DNA of 34,326 bases from a virus. Of this stretch, positions 24,159 to 29,338 are shown in pieces. The notes below the pieces were generated by a model. It searched no databases, was not told the origin of the DNA, and was given only the letters and a program-made list of their open reading frames with translations. The position numbers were made by a program, and so were the translations under genes. The number at the start of each line of letters is the position of its first letter. The first letter of the stretch is position 1. The stretch is taken from the IMG/VR virus record IMGVR_UViG_3300045988_024975, positions 1-34,326 of that record; one strand, written 5' to 3'.

Positions 24159-24227
24159 GCTTAGATTATTCGTGTACCTTTATGGTTGCGGCGCTTGCGA
24201 TATTTCTTTTCGCAAGCGTTTTTTATT
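24159..24227 (+). ncRNA. Candidate countertranscript-like sRNA of roughly 65-70 nt, antisense to the rep leader
   Basis: Bounded by the promoter-like element above and a strong plus-sense intrinsic terminator. No ORF. Confidence 0.35.
24191..24227 (+). terminator. Intrinsic terminator in the plus sense (against the flanking genes)
   Basis: Stem CGCTTGCGA (24192-24200) / TCGCAAGCG (24210-24218), 9 bp and perfect, followed by TTTTTTATT. In the minus sense no U-run follows. It abuts the DUF3846 stop codon (24223-24225). Confidence 0.7.
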
Positions 24228-24579
24228 CTTCTTTTAAGTACGAAAAATTCATTTTCAGGAATACCATCAGAGCTTCCGCATCATCCGGTGCTTCAATATC
24301 TTCTCCGGCTGCAATTGCAAATACAATATCTCCTAAGATTGGCCATCCGTGCCTGTCTGCATCATAAAAATAGCTTCCAAGGCGGTTGACTTCTTTCTGC
24401 TTCATTATTCCGTCCTCATCGACTAGCAGGATCATAGGCATCTTAAATGTCTCATATAAGGTTTTCGTGCTTACGATTTCAAAATGTCCGCCTACTGCTT
24501 TCTGCAGATCACGGAAATCATCAAAATCTACATTTATTATCGAAATAATGTTATCCGGTGTTACTTTTACCGTTTTCAC
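24223..24579 (-). CDS. DUF3846-like protein
   Basis: 118 aa. LQKAVGGHFEIV...MILLVDEDG...GDIVFAIAAGEDIEAPDDAE matches my recollection of the DUF3846 pattern. Confidence 0.55.
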   Translation of the reverse strand: MKTVKVTPDNIISIINVDFDDFRDLQKAVGGHFEIVSTKTLYETFKMPMILLVDEDGIMKQKEVNRLGSYFYDADRHGWPILGDIVFAIAAGEDIEAPDDAEALMVFLKMNFSYLKEE

Positions 24580-24773
24580 TGCTTGTCCTCCAATACTACT
24601 GTTTTTCTGCCAGCTTCTTTCAGGCTATCTACATATTGTTCCAAATATGGGATTGCATTTTGTTTGAAATACTCGGAATCACGGTTGACTCTTTCTATTG
24701 ATTTCAAAGTCTCAATCCACTCATTCAGCTTCTCCACCCGAATCCGCTTCTTACGCTGCTTCTCTTCCGGCAT
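24576..24773 (-). CDS. Hypothetical protein (65 aa, basic N-terminus)
   Basis: GGGAGGCGAAGGAAC RBS region and an ATGA-type overlap with the downstream gene. Confidence 0.6.
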   Translation of the reverse strand: MPEEKQRKKRIRVEKLNEWIETLKSIERVNRDSEYFKQNAIPYLEQYVDSLKEAGRKTVVLEDKQ

Positions 24774-24987
24774 GTTCCTTCGCCTCCCTTATTTTCCTTT
24801 TCCTGTACTGCCATTCCCGTATCCGGAAATATTCCAGTGCAAATGCTCCGGTAGTAAGTGTTGTGATTCCAAGTGCTACATATAAATAAAACAGCTCCTG
24901 ACTTTTCACTGAGCACGCACCAGCCATCATTAAGATTCCGATAATACTTGCCGTTACGCTGAGTGTCTTTGCGATCTTATAAAACAT
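24751..24987 (-). CDS. Small membrane protein (two predicted TM helices)
   Basis: AAGGAGGG RBS. Hydrophobic segments SVTASIIGILMMAGA and LYVALGITTLTTGAFAL. Confidence 0.65.
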   Translation of the reverse strand: MFYKIAKTLSVTASIIGILMMAGACSVKSQELFYLYVALGITTLTTGAFALEYFRIREWQYRKRKIREAKEHAGREAA

Positions 24988-25023
24988 CTCTTATCCCTCC
25001 TTTACTTGTCCAACTGGTACCGC

Positions 25024-25122
25024 TTACGCGGTTTTCTCTCGTTGGTATCCAAAATATTCTACGTAATTTCTTACCAGCTCTGCTGTTGTTGTCTCTTTCT
25101 CTTCTTTTTGCATGACGGACAT
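25024..25122 (-). CDS. Small hypothetical protein (32 aa; 47 aa if the TTG at 25167 is used)
   Basis: AAGGAA RBS 6 nt before the ATG at 25122 (MSVMQKEEKETTTAELVRNYVEYFGYQREKTA). Below the track threshold. Confidence 0.3.
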   Translation of the reverse strand: MSVMQKEEKETTTAELVRNYVEYFGYQREKTA

Positions 25123-25210
25123 ATCGATTTCCTTTCCGTCAATGTTTACAATAAAAATATGTTGCAAATCCACCACCTCTCTTTAAACTATGCGATGCTG
25201 GTTGTACTTG

Positions 25211-25239
25211 TTGATTTGTCCTACGTTTTCTCCTATACT
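25211..25239 (+). promoter_or_regulatory. Plus-strand promoter (TTGATT - 17 nt - TATACT) for the DUF2513 gene
   Basis: The -35 is at 25211-25216 and the -10 at 25234-25239, with a 17-nt spacer. It lies about 50 nt upstream of the ATG at 25288. Confidence 0.5.
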
Positions 25240-25287
25240 TTTAACTACAGGCACTGCCATGCCGAGTCTGAAAGAAAGGAGATTCTC

Positions 25288-25704
25288 ATGGAATTAAATA
25301 TCTCTTGTGTCCGTTCCATTCTTCTTACTGTCGAAAAATATGAAACTATTTACGAACCAGTATCGTTTGACGAGGAAATGCATAGTTACTACAAAGACTA
25401 CTTAGATTTTTGCGATATCGAACAGATTTTATATCATGTCCAATACTGTATAAAAGCAGGCCTCTTAGCAGATGTAAGTACTACTAAAGTATGGGGACAT
25501 ATCAGCTTTAATTGTTGCCTCGAGCCTTTCGGTCATGATTTTCTTGCAAACACCAGAACCGAAGAAAAATGGAAACATACGCAATCAATTCTTAATAAAG
25601 TAGGAGACGCAAGCTTAAAAGTTATTTCTTCCATCGCGGAAGGAGTAACTACCGCTTTGGTTGACAAATATCTCCCCACTGAGATTTCAAAATTTAACTT
25701 TTAA
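25288..25704 (+). CDS. DUF2513 (YjcQ-like winged-helix) protein, an opposite-strand moron
   Basis: ATG at 25288 with an AAAGGAG RBS. MELNISCVRSILLTVEKYET... matches my recollection of the DUF2513 N-terminus. The track ORF from 25006 is an unsupported 5' extension. Confidence 0.6.
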   Translation: MELNISCVRSILLTVEKYETIYEPVSFDEEMHSYYKDYLDFCDIEQILYHVQYCIKAGLLADVSTTKVWGHISFNCCLEPFGHDFLANTRTEEKWKHTQSILNKVGDASLKVISSIAEGVTTALVDKYLPTEISKFNF

Positions 25705-25882
25705 ACCGTTCTTCTACCATTTTCCGTGAAACTATTTTGATACACTCCATCAGTTCGTTCCTGCTTGGTGGAGTGTAGCCTTTTTCAACGATATAATAGA
25801 TAATGGCTGTAAAGCGAATTCTCTCTGTAAACCATTTCAACGCAAACAGAATCGCGACTACAATGCTAATTATCAATACCAT
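25694..25882 (-). CDS. Small N-terminally anchored membrane protein (62 aa)
   Basis: AGGAGG RBS 7 nt upstream. The N-terminus MVLIISIVVAILFALKWF forms a TM helix. Converges on and overlaps the DUF2513 3' end by 11 nt. Confidence 0.65.
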   Translation of the reverse strand: MVLIISIVVAILFALKWFTERIRFTAIIYYIVEKGYTPPSRNELMECIKIVSRKMVEERFKS

Positions 25883-25924
25883 TTTCTCGCCTCCTAATTA
25901 AAAATCTGTAAGTTGTTCATTTTC

Positions 25925-26152
25925 TTATTCATCCTCCTGTTCGTTCCTCTCGACAATTATTCTTATCGGAATCTCGTCTGATACAATGAGCATCCCCGTG
26001 ATGCTGATGCTCAGCAACCCAAGCAACTCCAATGCCTCCATTATCAAAAGGCTTATGTTATGCGGAAAACGGTGAAAACCAATTGTCGTTATAAATGGTG
26101 GCAGTAAAATCAGTATTTCTCCAATTATTTTTCTTAGTTTCACATTCCTCAC
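25925..26152 (-). CDS. Small membrane protein (75 aa) with an acidic tail
   Basis: GTG start after GGGAGAGAGGTGAGG. Two hydrophobic segments. Ends ERNEQEDE. Confidence 0.5.
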   Translation of the reverse strand: MRNVKLRKIIGEILILLPPFITTIGFHRFPHNISLLIMEALELLGLLSISITGMLIVSDEIPIRIIVERNEQEDE

Positions 26153-26259
26153 CTCTCTCCCTCTTCATCTGTTGCAAATAGATAATCCAGTGTTTTATCC
26201 GGAATCCGTTTTTATAAATAGTTGAATATTTTTTCACATTATGATAAAATCCTTTCATG

Positions 26260-26594
26260 CTATAGGCATGGAAGGGAGCGTGGTCATATTGACCAAACTT
26301 TTGACTTTGCCTGTTCTCTTAAGATGAGGTCGCAATTGTGGCACCAATGCACGTAAAACTGGGTATAATGTAGATTACTGATACGGCGTTAAGTGGCGTG
26401 CACCACGTTTAAAAATGCAACAGTCGGTATCTGGTAACATACCGCACCGTATCAAGTTCTCCTCATCATTTGTCAGCGATTAGGCATGTTGCAGAACCAA
26501 AACTGCGAAAGTGACAAAGTATTCCATAGAAACACTTGGCGTCATCTTGTGTGGTGAAAACCTGCAAAGTACATAGAGTAAACAAATTTGGCAC
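26260..26594. other. ORF-free early-operon region (candidate origin element and/or structured RNA)
   Basis: No ORF of 60 aa or more on either strand. The short ORFs I read (10-22 aa) lack an RBS. Contains the palindrome TGGTCAtatTGACCA (26281-26295), a perfect TATAAT (26364-26369), the hairpin CGGTAT/ATACCG (26425-26444), and the second AACTTGATA copy. Confidence 0.4.
26450..26458 (-). promoter_or_regulatory. Candidate RCR nick-site motif AACTTGATA (site B)
   Basis: The minus strand reads ...gatgaggagAACTTGATAcggtgcgg.... Same orientation as site A and rep. The GATACGG part can pair with CCGTATC (26386-26380 on the minus strand). Confidence 0.35.
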
Positions 26595-26634
26595 AATACT
26601 GGTAGGAATGACGCTCCTATCAGTATTTTTGTTT
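26595..26634 (+). terminator. Intrinsic terminator in the plus sense (against the flanking genes)
   Basis: Plus-sense 13-bp stem AATACTGGTAGGA / TCCTATCAGTATT with one G-U pair (A-C in the minus sense) and loop atgacgc, followed by TTTTTGTTT. It abuts the cro-like stop codon (26633-26635). Confidence 0.7.
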
Positions 26635-26839
26635 ACTCACTTTGATGATTTGCCGGAGCAAATGTCTCTGCTGGCAAGCCAAGCACTTCGCAAATTGTGA
26701 AATACTCTTCTGCGCTCATCTTTCGTTTTCCATTCAATGTCGGACTCAACATATTCATTGGAATACCTGCTTTTTCAGACAAATACGAATACTTTATTCC
26801 GTTTTCATCTAAATATTTCTTCACTTTTAATCCAATCAC
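26633..26839 (-). CDS. Cro-like XRE-family HTH regulator
   Basis: 68 aa. GTG start 8 nt after AAGGAGG. HTH KYSYLSEKAGIPMNMLSPTLNGKRKMS. Divergent from the CI-like gene. Confidence 0.8.
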   Translation of the reverse strand: MIGLKVKKYLDENGIKYSYLSEKAGIPMNMLSPTLNGKRKMSAEEYFTICEVLGLPAETFAPANHQSE

Positions 26840-26880
26840 TTTTATCGCCTCCTTTTGTCATATTCTGTGTAGTTGTTATT

Positions 26881-26909
26881 ATATTATATCATATTTCATG
26901 AAATGTCAA
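26881..26909 (-). promoter_or_regulatory. Early lytic promoter (PR-like)
   Basis: The minus strand reads TTGACA (26909-26904), then tttcatgaaatatga, then TGaTATAAT (extended -10, TATAAT at 26888-26883). The spacer is 15 nt. Alternatively TAATAT gives a 17-nt spacer. Confidence 0.6.
26893..26904. promoter_or_regulatory. Operator palindrome ATTTCATGAAAT (site 1)
   Basis: A perfect 12-bp palindrome between the -35 and -10 of the PR-like promoter. Confidence 0.6.
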
Positions 26910-26923
26910 TATGTTTTTCATGT

Positions 26924-26931
26924 TTCATGAA
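26924..26931. promoter_or_regulatory. Operator palindrome TTCATGAA (site 2, with an adjacent half-site TTTCATG at 26916-26922)
   Basis: Shares its 8-bp core with sites 1 and 3. Confidence 0.5.
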
Positions 26932-26940
26932 GTTTTTTTC

Positions 26941-26969
26941 TTGTATTCATGAATGACTTGTGGTAGTAT
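26941..26969 (+). promoter_or_regulatory. Repressor promoter (PRM-like): TTGTAT - 17 nt - TGgTAGTAT
   Basis: The -35 is at 26941-26946 and the extended -10 at 26961-26969. It lies 23 nt upstream of the repressor ATG. Confidence 0.55.
26945..26954. promoter_or_regulatory. Operator palindrome ATTCATGAAT (site 3)
   Basis: A perfect 10-bp palindrome overlapping the -35 of the repressor promoter. Confidence 0.6.
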
Positions 26970-26991
26970 CCTATTAAAAGGAGGTAGCGAC

Positions 26992-27324
26992 ATGAGTGAG
27001 AACATAAAGGAGATCGTTGCAAAAAATCTTCTCTACTATAGAAAGAAAAATAAGATAACGCAAAAACAATTGGCTGATAAATTAGGCGTAAAACATAATG
27101 CTATTTCTGCATGGGAAAACGGAGTTAATTCAATTGATATTGATACACTCTTTCAAGTTTGTCAAATCTTCGGAATTACAGTTAATGATATGTACAATAT
27201 AAAGGAAGAGAAAAATCCGTATACAATTGCAGCGCATAAAGACGGAGCTGAATTTACACCGGAAGAGTTGAAAAAGATTGAAGAATACAAGAAGCTGCTC
27301 CTTGCAGCGCGGCCAAAGGAGTGA
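26992..27324 (+). CDS. CI-like XRE-family repressor (ImmR-type, no S24 peptidase domain)
   Basis: ATG at 26992 after AAAGGAGG. HTH ITQKQLADKLGVKHNAISAWENG. 110 aa. Confidence 0.85.
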   Translation: MSENIKEIVAKNLLYYRKKNKITQKQLADKLGVKHNAISAWENGVNSIDIDTLFQVCQIFGITVNDMYNIKEEKNPYTIAAHKDGAEFTPEELKKIEEYKKLLLAARPKE

Positions 27325-27788
27325 TTCTTTTGACTTATGAAGAAATGCAAATACTCCACGATGATCTTAATATCGTTGAAATGGATTTATCTGAAGTATC
27401 TGGATTAAAAGGACTATATGTTAATGGTCATATTGCCATTAATGCCAAAATGTCTGACATCGAGAAAGCTTGTGTACTCGCCGAAGAACTCGGACATCAC
27501 TACACTTCCGTTGGCAATATTCTTGATATGGCATCTGCTGCCAACCGGAAACAGGAACGTCAGGCAAGGCTCTGGGCGTACAACAAGCAGATCGGTCTGA
27601 TCGGACTGGTACGTGCCTTTGAGCATGGCTGCCAGAACCGCTTTGAGATTGCAGAATACTTGGAAGTGACGGAAGAATTTCTGGAAGAATGCATTGAATG
27701 TTACAGGAATAAGTACGGGATCTGTAAACGGGTAGATAATTATGTGGTGTATTTTATACCGCAGTTGTCGGTGATGAAATTGATATAA
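27321..27788 (+). CDS. ImmA/IrrE-family metallopeptidase (anti-repressor protease)
   Basis: Contains LAEELGHHYTS (an HExxH motif) and lies directly downstream of the repressor. The likely start is the TTG at 27330, 7 nt after AAGGAG, rather than the GTG at 27321. Confidence 0.8.
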   Translation: MILLTYEEMQILHDDLNIVEMDLSEVSGLKGLYVNGHIAINAKMSDIEKACVLAEELGHHYTSVGNILDMASAANRKQERQARLWAYNKQIGLIGLVRAFEHGCQNRFEIAEYLEVTEEFLEECIECYRNKYGICKRVDNYVVYFIPQLSVMKLI

Positions 27789-27835
27789 CCGCATAAGCGA
27801 TTATATAGAAACACTTTATATGAGGAGGAAAAATT

Positions 27836-28333
27836 ATGAAAAAGAAACTTATAGCATTGGTTCTGATCGGAAGCATGGCACTGTCATTTACAGCCTGCGG
27901 CAATAGCTCCGATTCATCAAAAGAAGCAAAGGAATCATCCAAGAAGACAGAAGCATCTGCTGAAACTCCAAAAGAGGAAGTAAAGGAAGAAGTCAAAGAT
28001 CCTGTTGTGCTTACTGGAAAATGGGAGTACAAAGATGATGACGGTACTTGGATGCAGGCAGATATTACAGAGGATACCATCACAATAAACTGGATCATGG
28101 ATGAAGGAAACACGACTGCTGTTTACTGGGTTGGAACCTATACTGCTCCTACAGAATATTCTGAAGAATATACTTGGACATCTACCAGAGACAAAGAAGC
28201 AACCGATTCCGCTCTTCTTGCTTCTCTGGATGATACAAAAGAGTTTTCTTATTCTGATTCAAGCAAACAGATTACCTATCAGGTAACAGTTTCCGGAATA
28301 ACAAAAACTATAGCACTTAGCGAAACAGACTAA
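27836..28333 (+). CDS. Lipoprotein (lysogeny-module cargo)
   Basis: MKKKLIALVLIGSMALSFTACGNSS carries a signal peptide and lipobox. GAGGAGG RBS. Confidence 0.8.
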   Translation: MKKKLIALVLIGSMALSFTACGNSSDSSKEAKESSKKTEASAETPKEEVKEEVKDPVVLTGKWEYKDDDGTWMQADITEDTITINWIMDEGNTTAVYWVGTYTAPTEYSEEYTWTSTRDKEATDSALLASLDDTKEFSYSDSSKQITYQVTVSGITKTIALSETD

Positions 28334-28401
28334 TTTTAATATATGACCGCGCTTTTGTGATTATATAAATACTACATTCCATAAGAAGGAGGACAAACTT
28401 T

Positions 28402-29136
28402 ATGAGAAGAAAAATTGTAGCACTAATGTTGGCTGGAGTTATGGCAACATCTTTTACTGCGTGTGGAGGTTCTTCTGCAAGTGACTCTAGTTCGCAGAAA
28501 ACTTCAAACAGTAATTCTGTATCGCAGAAAAAAGAAGAGAAGAAAGAGGCCGAAAAGCAGGAAGCATCTATTGCAGAAAGTGGGTACTATATCAGTGATG
28601 ATGGAATGGGCGATGTCTATGCTTATTATGGCGTAACTTTAAACAATCCAAATGCTGATTGGGCGATGCAGCTTCCGGTTTTAACCATCACAGCCAAAGG
28701 AGAGGATGGTTCTATTGTTGGAACTTCTGATCAGACACTCTTCTATATCGCGCCAAACGACACTATTTCTTTTGGAAGTGTTATCGACTGTAACGGAAAG
28801 GTGCCTGCCACTGTAGAATTTTCGATTCACTCTGGAACTTTCGTTCCTGGGGATACATCGGGAATCATTCCGGTATCTTCATTCTCGGTTTCCAATACAA
28901 GTGAAATAGTTCAGGATTATGGCGCTGTTTCTTATACCGGAGAAGTTGCAAATAACAGTGATTCCGATATTGACATGGTTGCCGTCACTGTCCTGTTGAA
29001 AAGCAATGGTTCCATCGTTTATGGAGATACTACTTATGTAGACAACATGACAGCTGGCACAACAAAACCTTTTGAACTATCCGAATACAACCTTCCAGAA
29101 CATGACGAATACGTTATTTCCGTACAAGGCTGGTAA
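28402..29136 (+). CDS. Lipoprotein with two Ig-like (FxLYD/DUF4352-like by recall) repeats
   Basis: MRRKIVALMLAGVMATSFTACGGSS carries a signal peptide and lipobox. AAGGAGG RBS. Repeated pattern Y.G..NN...D......V.....GS.V. Confidence 0.8.
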   Translation: MRRKIVALMLAGVMATSFTACGGSSASDSSSQKTSNSNSVSQKKEEKKEAEKQEASIAESGYYISDDGMGDVYAYYGVTLNNPNADWAMQLPVLTITAKGEDGSIVGTSDQTLFYIAPNDTISFGSVIDCNGKVPATVEFSIHSGTFVPGDTSGIIPVSSFSVSNTSEIVQDYGAVSYTGEVANNSDSDIDMVAVTVLLKSNGSIVYGDTTYVDNMTAGTTKPFELSEYNLPEHDEYVISVQGW

Positions 29137-29171
29137 ATAAATAAAAACCGCTCCTGCGCCAACAGGAACGG
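29137..29171 (-). terminator. Intrinsic terminator in the minus sense (against the flanking plus-strand genes)
   Basis: Minus-sense CCGTTCCTG-ttggcg-CAGGAGCGG (9 bp with one G-U pair, which is C-A in the plus sense), followed by TTTTTATTTATTT. It abuts the lipoprotein stop codon (29134-29136). Confidence 0.7.
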
Positions 29172-29235
29172 TCGAGCGATGAAACATACTCCAATATGTT
29201 TCTGTTAAGTTCTCCGAAGAGATACCTTAACTCCA
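29137..29235 (-). ncRNA. Candidate sRNA of roughly 95-100 nt with three stem-loops, between lipoprotein-2 and int
   Basis: Minus-sense structure. SL1 is GUUAAG..UCUC-uucg-GAGA..CUUAAC (29231-29204). SL2 is GAAACAUA-uuggag-UAUGUUUC (29202-29181). SL3 is the terminator. It is preceded by a near-consensus promoter and contains no ORF. Confidence 0.5.
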
Positions 29236-29241
29236 AACAAC

Positions 29242-29270
29242 ATTGTATCATCTCCGGAGCAGCCATGCAA
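29242..29270 (-). promoter_or_regulatory. Minus-strand promoter TTGCAT - 17 nt - TACAAT
   Basis: The -35 is at 29270-29265 and the -10 at 29247-29242, with an exactly 17-nt spacer. SL1 begins about 10 nt after the -10. Confidence 0.55.
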
Positions 29271-29338
29271 GAGAACAAAAGTTCTCGGGCTGTTATTTTT
29301 GTACCCTTTTTTACATAAAATACAAAGGAGCTGATACA

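Noticed and set aside
25006-25287. The 5' extension of the 232-aa plus-strand ORF upstream of the DUF2513 gene.
   Set aside because: The extension is Cys/Leu/Phe-rich and lies antisense to minus-strand sequence. A promoter (25211-25239) and an AAAGGAG RBS sit inside it, pointing to the ATG at 25288.
26058-26258. A 66-aa minus-strand ORF overlapping the 75-aa membrane-protein gene.
   Set aside because: It has no RBS upstream of 26258 and overlaps the better-supported 25925-26152 ORF in another frame for about 95 nt. Its composition is not protein-like.
26323-26467. Nested long-range 7-bp pairings in the ORF-free region (GATGAGG/CCTCATC and GATACGG/CCGTATC), considered as evidence for a large structured RNA.
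   Set aside because: Several 7-bp complementarities are expected by chance in a 370-nt region, so on their own they prove nothing. I kept them only as context for the nick-motif observation.
29181-29202. The inverted repeat GAAACATA-ctccaa-TATGTTTC, which I first considered as an attP core.
   Set aside because: It fits better as stem-loop 2 of the candidate minus-strand sRNA, lying between its promoter and terminator. The 36-bp palindrome at 30870-30905 has the arm length and central dinucleotide expected of a serine-integrase att site.
29243-29338. The 5' extension of the integrase ORF (MYHLRSSHAREQKF...).
   Set aside because: It has no RBS, and the AAAGGAG RBS lies just before the ATG at 29339. 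The conserved serine-recombinase N-terminus (YGYIRVSTHDQ) starts right after that ATG. The extension also overlaps the candidate sRNA promoter region.
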